From NCBI GenBank assembly GCA_964016885.1, contig OZ024742.1:281232001-281296000 (forward strand): a stretch of 64,000 bases of DNA, read 5' to 3'. The translations under genes and the position numbers were made by a program. Below are positions 24,944 through 36,210 of this stretch, piece by piece. The notes below the pieces were generated by a model. It made no database searches. It saw only the letters and a list, made by a program, of their open reading frames with translations, and was not told the origin of the DNA. Positions within the stretch are counted from its first letter, which is position 1. Every line of letters starts with the position of its first letter. Source of the stretch: Eledone cirrhosa (taxonomy: Eukaryota).

Positions 24944-27900
24944 TTACAGATATATACTCAGAGTCGGCCCATTCACTCGGGCCATTCTTGCTTCTCTCAC
25001 CCATCTTTCAACAAAATGCTGTGAAGAGAGCACTTCCTTCTCTACTCTGATTTTCCTTTTCAAATGAAATTTGAAAAAGTCAATCAGAGCATCACCGAAG
25101 AGGTAAGTGCCCGTCTTCAGCCCTTTCAAACGTGTCCACCATACTATCTCTTTCGCCATGGCCACCAGACAGATAAAAACTGCCTGCCCTTCCCGGCTAA
25201 AGGAGGAGGGCGGGGCAATCCTCACGATAGACTCAGATGATAGCTGGATCCGTCCTAAACGCGACAGCAGGTGTTCGACATAAACCCACAAGTCAGCAAT
25301 TTTCGGACACTGGACGAGTGCGTGCAGGACGGTTTCGTCGCCCTGCGCGCATCTCGGACATGCCCGGCTGACGGCACCTCCATGCCTGTAGAGTTTATCC
25401 CGAACTGGCAAGGCTCCTCGGTAGCACTGCCAGGCCAGAGATTTCTGGAAGTTGTCCATAGGCCCCGGCCCGAAAGTTCTTCCGAAGAGATTGGCTAGTT
25501 GATTTTCGTCGACGCCTAGAGTTTCCCCAAGTACGTCGTCGCTCTTCCCCTCCACTAATCCTCTATAGAACGCCGAGGTGGAGTTTCCACCGATCACATT
25601 GCCCGATTGGTCGAGGGCTGTGAGCGCCTGAAGACATTCCAGTCTCCAGGCGCTCCCTCTCGGTCTTCGCTTGACCCAGGACTGCAGCTCCGTCAAGGAA
25701 ACGAGCTGGGGAAAAACGCGTCTAGCAAACGGCGACCACACCTGATCACCGTCGAGGAAGAGGTGGAGATGTCGTAGCCTGAGCGCGTGCCTGCGCATCA
25801 TCAGCCACGGCATGCCCAGCCCTCCACGTAGCGGGTGTTGACAACAGATGGACCGCCTGACCATCGGAGCACGTCCCTTCCACAAAAAGCGAAAGAGCAA
25901 ACGCTCCAGCGCAGTCAGGCGAGGCTTAGGACAAGGTACGACGGTTAGGCGGTAGCAGATGACAGACGCGATGTACGCGTTAGCCACCTCCGCTCGACCT
26001 TTCAGGGATAGCTTTCTCTCCGCCCATTTCTGGGTGAGAGAAGCCACCCTGCTCGTCACCTCGTCCCAGTTTTTGTCCGTCTGGAGGTCCGGACCGAACC
26101 AGACCCCTAGCAATTTAACCGGTCCGTCCGTCCAGCGCCCGACGACGCTGTTGGACGGCATGGACCTGCCTCTCCAGGTGCCGAGCTGCAGGCCCACTGA
26201 CTTTTCCTGGTTGATCATTGCTCCTGTCACCGCTTCGTATTCTCTTAGTGTAGTGCCGATCGCCTCGATGTGTTTGGCGTTCGACACCACTACGGTGACA
26301 TCGTCGGCATATGCTGACACGGATCTTCCGCATCCTAGTTCGCGCGGGACTCCCCTCAACGTCTCCAGTTTGTGCAGTAATGGCTCGAGAGTCAATACGT
26401 ACAAGAGGGACGAGAGGGGACATCCTTGGCGGACCGAGCGCATGATGTTGAACGGTTCCGACAGGTGACCGTTCACTCTCACCACAGAGCAGATGTCGCT
26501 GTGCATGGCAGCGATCCAGCCTCTGAAGACGGGCCCAAAGCCAGCCGCCCTCAGGACTGCCGCTAGGTAACGATGGTCGACCCTATCGAAAGCTTTCGAC
26601 TGATCTAAATTGATCAAGGACCCACCCGTGCCAGGTTCCCTAGCTACCCTCTCTACGATGTATCGCATGAGGTGGAGGTTGTCGTGGATGGATCTGTCGG
26701 GAATGGCGCATGTCTGCGCCTCTCCCACCAGACCACCAACGACAAGCGCCAACCTCTTTGCTAGCACCTTGGCCAAAATCTTAAACTCTGTGTTTAGCAG
26801 AGTTATGGGCCGGAAATTGTCTATGTTATCCCCCTTGTTCGGATCCTTTCTCAGCAGTGCCACCGCTCCTCGGCTCACAGAACTGGGAATTCTCCCGTTC
26901 TGTTGCCAGTTGCAGTAGACGTCCGCCAAGAGGCCTCCGAACAAATCTGGCATCTGTACGTAAAGTTCATAGGGCAGACCATCCAAACCAGGCGATTTAC
27001 CCCTTGTGCAGCCAGTCATTGCCTCCCTTACTTCAGCGGCTGTTATCGGCTTTTCGCAACACTTCGCCTCAGTGGCCGAGAGCCGCGGCAGTCCATCGAG
27101 GTAGACACTAAAGTCCATCCCTCTACCCGGCCCCCCGCTGCCCCCGAACAGCTGAGCGAAGTGTCGCTGAAAAGCTTCACACATTTGCCCGGGATCGAGT
27201 AGCATGCGCCCGTCGTGGTCCACCAAAGACCGGATCGTGGCTTTGTTGCCACGACGCGCCTCCGCCACTCGGGCCCATTGAACGGCTTTCGTCCCTTCGT
27301 GTCTGAGAGCACGCACCCTAGCTCTGACAACGCAGCCTTCGTGCTTTGCATTGAAGAATTGGTCAAGGGCCAATTTCGCCGCAAGCACGTCGGTCGCAAT
27401 GCCTTTGCTAAGCGCCTCGTCTAATTTTCTAACTAGTTCTCCCTCTGCTCTATTTTTCTCTATTGCTAAAGCCTTACTAAACCTAATCGATTCTATTCTA
27501 ATCGCTCTTTTCAGAGCAAACCACCACTTGTTGTTGACGATGGCCCCCGTCAACGCCCGCTTAACTAGTTCGCTAATCCGGTCTCTGTAGGCCTTGCGCG
27601 CTGGTAAGGACGCGTTTAGCTTCCAGTAGCCGGGTCCTCGTCTATGAAGCCTATCTAAGTCAAGCACACAGGTCACGAATTTGTGGTCCGTGTAGCTGAC
27701 TATCTTGAATTGTGGACAGCCTATGCTAGACCTATCTATTTCCCTACAAAATACTCTATCTAGATATGATCTGGATGACCCTATGCGGTTTGTCCAAGTC
27801 CACATTGGCACATTCGGGAAATCCAATCGGTACCTGTCAGACAGTTCAAAACGCCTGAGCAGGTTGGTGAGGCTCTTGCACCCTCCACCCCTATCCGCTA

Positions 27901-28363
27901 ATCCCACACAGTCCCAGCGTGCATCTAAGATCCCGTTCCAGTCGCCCACTAACACTAAAGAGCGGGACGTTCCAAGAAAGGTCTCCAGACGCCGGAAGAA
28001 ATCAGGCCGCCCTGCTCCTGTCGGGGCATAGACGGCCACTAGCCTGAAAGCTTGCCCGTCTCCGCTGGTCACGTCCAGCACCACCAGCTTACCCTCTGGG
28101 TCCAGGAAGATGGCCCGTATGGCGAGATCCAAACCTCTCCGAAAAAGCACAGCAACTCCTCCACCCGATCCAGGACGGCTGGGAGATGCGTACACATCGT
28201 AGCCGCCGAAGATCGGTGCGAAGGCCCGTGCTTCGGAGATTCTGGTCTCGCTGATGGCCACTACATCTATGTTTAGTGACCTGAGGTCGTTGAGCAGGTG
28301 ACCCTGCTTCCATGACGACCCCAAGCCACGCGCATTTATGCTGCCTATTCTGAGTGAGGTCAT
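24944..28363 (-). CDS. ORF2: apurinic-type endonuclease + reverse transcriptase + C-terminal Cys-rich domain, 1139 aa, uninterrupted
   Basis: GSINARGL, ISET, VYAP, GDWN, SYLDRV, YTDHKFV (APE); KSPGLDG, NFRPITLLN, LDQSKAFDRVDH, VRQGCPLS, AYADD (RT); CPRC..ETVLHALVQC. Confidence 0.97.
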   Translation of the reverse strand: MTSLRIGSINARGLGSSWKQGHLLNDLRSLNIDVVAISETRISEARAFAPIFGGYDVYASPSRPGSGGGVAVLFRRGLDLAIRAIFLDPEGKLVVLDVTSGDGQAFRLVAVYAPTGAGRPDFFRRLETFLGTSRSLVLVGDWNGILDARWDCVGLADRGGGCKSLTNLLRRFELSDRYRLDFPNVPMWTWTNRIGSSRSYLDRVFCREIDRSSIGCPQFKIVSYTDHKFVTCVLDLDRLHRRGPGYWKLNASLPARKAYRDRISELVKRALTGAIVNNKWWFALKRAIRIESIRFSKALAIEKNRAEGELVRKLDEALSKGIATDVLAAKLALDQFFNAKHEGCVVRARVRALRHEGTKAVQWARVAEARRGNKATIRSLVDHDGRMLLDPGQMCEAFQRHFAQLFGGSGGPGRGMDFSVYLDGLPRLSATEAKCCEKPITAAEVREAMTGCTRGKSPGLDGLPYELYVQMPDLFGGLLADVYCNWQQNGRIPSSVSRGAVALLRKDPNKGDNIDNFRPITLLNTEFKILAKVLAKRLALVVGGLVGEAQTCAIPDRSIHDNLHLMRYIVERVAREPGTGGSLINLDQSKAFDRVDHRYLAAVLRAAGFGPVFRGWIAAMHSDICSVVRVNGHLSEPFNIMRSVRQGCPLSSLLYVLTLEPLLHKLETLRGVPRELGCGRSVSAYADDVTVVVSNAKHIEAIGTTLREYEAVTGAMINQEKSVGLQLGTWRGRSMPSNSVVGRWTDGPVKLLGVWFGPDLQTDKNWDEVTSRVASLTQKWAERKLSLKGRAEVANAYIASVICYRLTVVPCPKPRLTALERLLFRFLWKGRAPMVRRSICCQHPLRGGLGMPWLMMRRHALRLRHLHLFLDGDQVWSPFARRVFPQLVSLTELQSWVKRRPRGSAWRLECLQALTALDQSGNVIGGNSTSAFYRGLVEGKSDDVLGETLGVDENQLANLFGRTFGPGPMDNFQKSLAWQCYRGALPVRDKLYRHGGAVSRACPRCAQGDETVLHALVQCPKIADLWVYVEHLLSRLGRIQLSSESIVRIAPPSSFSREGQAVFICLVAMAKEIVWWTRLKGLKTGTYLFGDALIDFFKFHLKRKIRVEKEVLSSQHFVERWVREARMARVNGPTLSIYL

Positions 28364-28398
28364 GTTTAAAATAGAGTGGAAAAGATGGGAAAGACCAC

Positions 28399-30484
28399 TT
28401 ACCGTACTTTTGGTAGAGGAGGGATGGTTTTTACATCCCTTTTCACTTGATCGTCTGGTGAAGGGACCGTTGAATCGTCCCTTCGGCTGGTCGTCGGCTC
28501 TTCTAAGAGAATGTCTGAATATACTCTTCGATTGATGGTTCCTCCTAGGTCCCTGAAATCACCAACTGCGTTGGGGAATTTCGTTTTAATGTTTGTGTAT
28601 TGTTTCTGTGCTATTTTTAGCAGTCTTATGTTAGTTGGCGTTTTGATTGGTGCTGGTATTATGTAGTCCTGTTGTGAAATGTCTGTGTGTTCAATTATGT
28701 AAGTCATTAGTTTCTTGTTGTGTGTGTTTATTGCCGTGCATTTGTTTTTCTGGGGGTGGGGTGTGGTTCTGCTATTTTCTTGTCGTTGTTGCTGGGTGTG
28801 TGTGTTTTGTTGTTGTGTTTGCGATGTTGGTGCTTGTGGTGGTGGTGTTGAAGGTGTTGTTGGCGGTGGGGTTGTCGCCGGTGGTGATGGTGGTGCTGGT
28901 GTGGGTGGTGATGGTGTTGGTGGTGTTGCTGCTGTGGGTCTCTTTGCAGTAGACTTTACCCTTTTCTCATTTCTTTCCTCCCTTTTCAAAGGCGACGATG
29001 CGCTGCTTCTGCGTTTGTGCCTTCTTGCGACCTTTTGCCATCCCTCTCCCACCTCACACTCCATGTCTGATTCTGTAAGGTCGGGGAGGGGTACCAGCTC
29101 CACTCTTTCACTTGTTGTTGTTGGTGATGTTTGCACTGGAGTCTCTGTTGCAGCTGCATTTGGTATTGCTGTTGTTGTTGTTAATATTTCCACTGCTGCT
29201 GCTGTCTTTGATTTCCGTGGAGTGGGTATGGGTGCCACGGACCTATCGTTCCTGGTTGCCGCTTGTCCTGTTGCTGGTAGCCGTGGAGCCGGATTCGGAA
29301 GGAGGGGGGTTTTCTCCTTTCTCAGGGTCTTCTCGTTGCAGAAGGCCCTGAGGTGAGTCTTCGATCCACAGCGAAAGCATTTCGGGCGTTTGCCCTCAAC
29401 ACTTATGGGCAGTTGAGTGCCGTTATCGAAGTCTATCACATCCGGGATAGCTTCGATGCACTCCTGGTTGGTTTGGATTAGCATCTCAATGGAGGAGCCG
29501 ACCCAATCTTCTCTTACTTTTTTCTGTACTTGCAGTACAGTTGTTTTGTCCTCGATTCCGACGAGGACAGACGCAGCCAGCCAAGAAGGGGTCATTCCGG
29601 GGGGGACGTGGGTCAGTTTGACCCTCACAATTTTTTGCCCGCAGTAGGAGGGCACCAACACCATTTCCTCGCTCCTTAGGGTCACTACTGATTGGGCCTT
29701 TGCCTCCTGGGGTGTGGCAAAAAGTACGTCTACGGTGGCGTATTTTTTGCCTCGGGTGATGTGCGTTTTCCTCTGCCACACAGACCCCAAGGCTTTTTGT
29801 ATTTGGGCCTCTGTGGCTCTTTCCACCCTACGGGATTTTGTACTTACTGTACGGTACGTGACCGTGGGTTTCGAAAAAATTTTTCGCTGCCTTGCAGATT
29901 GCTCGGTGTCCGTTCTTTGTCACCATCTTCTTCGCTTCCTCTAATTCCTCATTTGTTATGAGGATTGTTTCCAAATTTTTCGCAATACCTGCAAATGAGA
30001 TTGGTTTTTCTCTGCTGTTGTTGTTGTCGTCAGAGCTGCTGGTACTTTTGTTGTTGCTGCAGGTACTACGACTACTGCCTCCGCCGCTGTTGCTGTGGTT
30101 GTTGTTGGTGTTGCTGCTGCTAATGCTGTTGTTGTTTATGCTGCTGGTGATGCTGTTGCGGCTGCTACTGTTGTTTTCATTGTCACTGTTGCTGTTGTTA
30201 TTACGGCTGCTACTGCTATTATTCCTGACGTCAGACGAATGAACTGGGTTTTCGTATTTCCCGCACACCTGTTTCGTCGCTGTCGTCGTCGTCGTGGAGA
30301 AACCTTGCACGCTTTGCACGAGACTTTTCTTTTCTTTCGTCACTTGCGAAAGAGAAGGGAGGGAGAGAGACACATTTAAAGAAGGGAGGGAGAGAGACAA
30401 TCTTCTCTCTGCTGTAGTGATGATTGAGGAAGAAGAAGACGGAATGAGTGGGAGTGACGTATGAAATTTCTTTTTGGTAGCCAT
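28399..30484 (-). CDS. ORF1: gag-like protein with CCHC zinc knuckle, split by one frameshift near 29880
   Basis: CFRCGSKTHLRAFC knuckle. The upstream segment (ATG 30484, MATKKK..EELEEAKKM) and the downstream segment (TVTYRTVSTKSRRVER..) both align with the ORF1 relic at 47720-49790. Confidence 0.8.
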
Positions 30485-30697
30485 GTTTTTTTGTTTAAAA
30501 TGAAATTTTGGGTACAAAACCCCAATAACTGGTTATTTAACCCCGAAGGGCCAAATAACGGACAGAAAGACCCCTCTCACGAGGAGGAGGGTGTCTTTAT
30601 CAACAATTTGGTTCAAGTTTTAAACAATTTACAATTGTTTTAACGGTTAAAAATTACTATACCTTACAGAGCCGAGCCTCCGTCAACCATGGCATTC

Positions 30698-30757
<60 letters not shown>

Positions 30758-30774
30758 CAATTTACCACATACTG

Positions 30775-30962
30775 ATAAGTGGTATGAGCATAAGCCAGAG
30801 TTGGTGACAGAAAACGATCAGGTGAAGGTGCTATGGGATTTTAGGATACAGACGGTCAAGAAACTGGTGGTTTTGGACAAGGAATAAAGATCGTGCCTGA
30901 TTGTGGATGTGGCCTGCCCATTCAACACGAGAGTGCAAGAAAAGGAGTGGGAGAAAATTATA
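30775..30962 (+). pseudogene. Short R4/Dong-type RLE endonuclease fragment
   Basis: Translates WYEHKPELVTENDQVKVLWDFRIQT..VVLDKE*RSCLIVDVACPFNTRVQEKEWEKI and starts just after a (TAA)n tract. Confidence 0.75.
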
Positions 30963-31939
30963 AGGCTCAATTATTCAAATATTCAACTTTGTATTGTACA
31001 TTGTATATTCAAAAAAGAAAATGGCTATAAATGGAAGAAGAACCCCCCCCCCCCTCCTCTGTCTACACTATATAGAACAGCCAAACAACACCAATCTCAC
31101 CAACACCAGAAACTAGATACACCACCTACCCCATCACCTCTCTGTGTACACTAAACACAACAGCCAGATAACGGCAATTTCACCACCACCACTCACTACT
31201 GCCATCATTACCACCACTATCCCATCACCGCCGCCACCACTCCTTCATTGCTGCCACCACTACAACACCATCGCTACAGTAATACGATCACATTACTGCC
31301 ACCACTGCCTCGGTATCGACATCACCACCACCACTGTCTCAGTATCGATACCGCCGCTACTGTCTCCCACATCTCCGCGCTGGCTGCTGCCACCACATTA
31401 TAGAATTACTATTATAGAATTACTATTATTATTGTCTCAAATTTAAGAAAAAAAAATGTTTAATTCCAATTTTACAGGAATATGTCAACACAAAATATAA
31501 TAAAGATATATATTAAACATACGAACACAAACTCATAGATACTACATATCAGTAACCACAACGCCACCGCTGCCACCACCCCACCCCATCCATCATTGCT
31601 ACCACTATCCCATCGTCGCCGCCACCACTCCTTCAATGCTACCACCACTATTCCCCTGTTAACTTGAGAGAGAAAGGGGAAGGTGGCGGTATCACTAGAT
31701 AAGGGAGAGGCTACCAAAAGATATAAATAGATTGACTTAGTGACCTGGCCACCGGCCAAACGTCAACATCAACAACTATGGGACTGCTGGCTCACCCCTT
31801 CCTCACCAACAATATAAAAAGCCCCGGCACCACCACCGACATAGCCAACAACAATAACAGCCAACTACAACAAAAAGTATATTATATTATTGTAATGCAC
31901 TGGGTGATTGCTGGCCTTGTGCCTGGAGTGGAGACAATT

Positions 31940-34900
31940 ATTAATAATTTCATTCTTAAGCCACGCAATGCTCACATTAAGGAACCACTCATGATAATAA
32001 CAATTTAAAAAAACAACCAAAAAAAACCCCGTGACCAAGAAATACCGGGATGGCGGCCGGCGGGGAATAGCCGTGTCTCTAGGGGAGAACGACCCCTCTA
32101 GTCTTGGTTGACACTCGTTCTAGAAGTGGTAACACGAGATGATTACCCCTTGGCGGATAAGGATAAAACGCGACAAAATAAAGTAAATGTCTAATGATAA
32201 AATCTCATACCGGATCGGCCGTCACCCGGGTAAAAAAGGGCCGCGTCTCTCAGAGAGGAACCAGACTGGGGTCGAAAAATCAGCTAATGGTTCAAACCTT
32301 CCCATCACTTCGGAGCTGGAGACCTCCCATAACCGGAATACTCCTACTGTTGGCCCTGCATGCTCACCACCAAGAAATCCAAAGAAAAAGAGATGAAAAA
32401 TGGTCAAGGGAAGATAATAAAGAAGTCCTTCAGGCTTTCTACACTGCCATGTACTACCCATCAAATACATCGAATACAGAACAAACATATATCAACTGGA
32501 AAAAGAAACATCCCGAAAACAGAGGCTATATTGACAGTAACAAACTAGCCAATATACGAAGAAATATTGTAAGAAAAAAGTTACTAACTGATATAGAAAT
32601 TGATCAGATCAAGCTATTAGCACAAAGTCGGCGAAGGGAAAATGAAACATGTGTCAGTGAAAACGAGGTAAACTGTAACACTTCGAATCCCAGGGTTGGG
32701 GCGGAATCACTGGCAACAGAACAAATTAAAGAAAGGATCGAAAAAGTGGAGGGAGTACATGCTCAGGATGAAACTCCAAATGAAAATAATGAGATCGTAA
32801 ATGATAAAGAAATGAATGAGAATGAACTTGCCAACTTGAAGGATGAAGTTATGATCGAATGGATGAAAATGCAAGAATCTGACATGGGGCAACGAGACAC
32901 CCTCCCTAAGATCCAGAACTCCAAACAGAACCAAAAGATAATACACAAGACTAACATAATTATCAAAACCATTATCATCACAAACAAACTAAACATTACT
33001 GATTTAAATCATCTCTATTATGCATCGGCTAAAGTCACCACTCACTTATGTGGAGTGAAGAAGAAAAAACAAAGGAATTCCCACAAGAAATCTACTTGGC
33101 AAGAGAACATCAATCGCCAAATAAACCTTCTCCGATCTGACATAGAAATTTTAACAAACTATAAAGTAGGTGAACATGTTAAACAAACTAAACTTAGAAA
33201 ATTGAAAAAAAAGTACAGTATAAAATCAACATGTGACATAGACATGCTGATAGAAATAATCAAGCAAAAAGTGTCGGCCAAAGCAGCTCGTATAAGGCGC
33301 TTTGAAAAACGATCTAGATCCTATAAGGACAATATGTTCAAAAACAACCAAAGAAAATTCTACAGAAAAATTGGTAAGTCAACAATAACTGCTAAATCAA
33401 TACCACCCAAGGAGGAAGTGCAAGAATTCTGGGAAAAGATCTGGGCCGAAGAAAATGTTCATAACATACATGCCCCATGGATAGACAGACAAATGAACGA
33501 TACAGCTCACCTTGAGGAACAAACATGGGAAAATATAACAGTTGAACAGTTGCGCTTGGCTCTAAGAAAAACCAGCAAATGGAAATCCCCAGGAAAAGAC
33601 AAAATACAAAACTTTTGGATAAATGCCTTCACAGAGTCTCATGAGCTGTTAGCCCAACTTTACAATGAAATAGTTAAGGAGCCAGAAAAGATACCTTCAT
33701 GGCTAGTTAACGGCATTACATTCCTGCTTCCGAAGAATGATGAGACAAACAATCCTAAAAATTACAGACCGACAACTTGCTTGACCACGATGTATAAAAT
33801 TTTAACATCAGTCCTAACTGAATACATATATGACCACCTGATAACAAATGACCTATTTCCCATTGAGCAGAAAGGTGTAAACGAGGCTCATAGGCTGTAA
33901 GGATCAGCTTTTGGTTAACAAAATGATACTGGAAGATTGTCATAATAGACACAAAAATCTATCGATTGCTTGGATAGATTATAAAAAAGCATTCGATAGT
34001 TTGCCACACAGTTGGATTGAAAAATGATTAGAGATTTTCAAAATATCCCCCGTTGTCAGGAGGTTTTTGTCATTCAGTATGAAGACATGGAAAACGACAC
34101 TCCTTTTGAATAGTGAAACAAAATCATTGGAAGCTGGAGAAGTTAATATTAATTGTGGAATTTTTCAGGGTGACTCTTTATCACCGCTTTTATTCTGCAT
34201 CGCACTTATACCATTAAGTGAAATGCTCAATGAAACAAAACATGGATATAAAGTCTATGACAAAACCATTAATCACCTGTTCTACATGGATGACCTGAAA
34301 CTATTTGCAAAAAATGATGAACAATTGCAAGAGCTATTACCCCACTGTGAAGCAGTTCAGTGATGACATTAAAATGGAGTTTGGACTAGATAAATGCGCC
34401 AAAGCAACGTTCACCAGAGGAAAGCTGCTGAAAAGTTCAGACATTAATCATGATCGAGGGAATGTGATAAGAGAACTTGATCAAGAGGAAACTTACAAAT
34501 ATCTAGGTGTTTGTGAAGGAGACGGAATCAAGCACTCAACAATGAGGGAAAGGATAAGGAAGGAATGTTACCGCAGAGAAAGAGCAATCTTAAGAACGGA
34601 ATTGAATGCAAGGAATAGGATCGATGCCATAAACACGCTTGCCATACCAGTAGTAACCTACAGTTACAATGTCATCAACTGGTCAACCACAGAGAGCCGT
34701 AGGCTCGATACAAAAATTTGAAAATTCTTAACCATGCACAGAATGCATCACCCTAAGGCTGATATAGATAGAATATATCTCCCTAGGAAAGAAGGAGGAC
34801 GTGGGTTAATCCAGTTAGACATTGCGTTGAAAACTGCAACAATTGGATTATCTACATATCTAAGGGAATCACATGATTGGATGATCAAACTCGTTTTGAA

Positions 34901-35977
34901 ACACGAAAGCATCAAAAGATCATATTCCATTACAAAAGATGCACAAAGATACAGAAATGGACTACAAATTTCAGAAGTCCCATTTACTGCTGAAATGGAA
35001 AACACAGAAAAAGCAAAGCAGGTAAAAGTAACTGCAAAGAAAGAACTGCTACAGAAACTGGCTAAGAAATGGCAAGAAAAGCCTCTGTATGGAAAATACC
35101 CAAAGTGAGCTAACAATCCTGATGTTGACAAAACTTTAACCCATCAGTGGTTGGCATCCTCTGGACTGAAATCGGAGACTGAAGGACTGATTATATCGGC
35201 ACAAGATCAGTGTCTGCCAACAAAAAATTACCAAGCCGACATAATAAAAAATGGGTGCAGCCCATTATGCAGTGTATGTAAAAAACAACCAGAGACCATT
35301 GACCATATAATTTCAATGTGCAGTCCTATAGCTCCAACCAAATACCTAAACAGGCATGACAGAGCTGCACGATACATACATTGGATAATGTGTAAGCATT
35401 TTGACCTGCCCCATCAAAAGAATTGGTGGGAGCATCAACCACCTCCCATACTTGAAAAAGATCACATCTCAATCTTGTGGAACTTTAGCATCCAAACAGA
35501 CCGAAAAATAGATGCAAACAGACCTGATATAATATTGAAAGACTTTCAAAAGAGGGTATGCCTGCTAATTGATATGTCTGTTCCAATAGACAAGAATGTA
35601 TCTATAAAAACATTTGAAAAATTGAGCAAGTATAAGGACCTGGAGATAGAAATTGGAAAAATGTGGAAATTGAGAACTAAAACAATACCAGTGGTTGTAG
35701 GCGCTCTGGGAATGATACCTAAGGGGTCTAATGATTACTTATCGCAAATCCCAGGAAACCCGCGTATAGGAGAAATACAATAGATAGTACTAATGGGAAC
35801 TGCCCATATACTAAGGAAGATTCTGTCAATATAAGTACATCACAAGTCTAAACACTAAAGATGCATGTGTGAATATGTATGTTCTTTCTTGAACATGGCG
35901 GACCTTGTTGTCTCTTGAGGTCACTGGTTGTGACTTGGTGATAACTCGTATGAACATAAAGCAAGATAAATGCAACT

Positions 35978-35978
<1 letters not shown>
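31940..35978 (+). mobile_element. R4-clade (Dong/Rex6-like) RLE non-LTR retrotransposon, copy 1; single ORF 32187-35834 broken by stops and frameshifts
   Basis: WKSPGKDKIQNFW, NYRPTTCL, GIFQGDSLSPLLF, HLFYMDDLKL, RKEGGRGL, CSVC..ETIDHIISMC, RHD, RPDIIL..DMSVP..KLSKYKDL; (TAA)n tail. Confidence 0.92.
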
Positions 35979-36009
<31 letters not shown>

Positions 36010-36010
<1 letters not shown>

Positions 36011-36210
36011 TTTTCTTTATTAACCACAAGGGTTTACATAAAGTAGACATTAAGGACAGTACAGGACAATACAGGACGGTACAAATGGGCCTTTCTGCGT
36101 GTAAAAAAACAGAGGATGTAATAAAATAACAAAGAAAAAATTCCCCAATAGGGGGGAGACTTCCGAGGGACATTTGTGGAGAAAGCCCATTAAAAGACCA
36201 CAGTGACCCT
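36010..36210 (-). mobile_element. Tx1-like family A 3' UTR fragment
   Basis: Closely matches 24681-24900 and abuts (TAA)n 35979-36009. Confidence 0.9.

Larger units (their letters stand above)
24681..30697 (-). mobile_element. Full-length Tx1/L1-clade non-LTR retrotransposon (family A)
   Basis: 5' UTR, ORF1, ORF2 and a 3' UTR ending AATAAAGAAATC then (ATT)n. (TAA)n lies on both sides. Confidence 0.92.

Noticed and set aside
29870-29890. Slippery-like A AAT TTT / T TTT TTC at the ORF1 break, with a second ORF1 break at a similar position near 49290
   Set aside because: A -1 shift here hits a stop within a few codons. The two elements need shifts of opposite sign, so homopolymer indels are more likely than programmed frameshifting.
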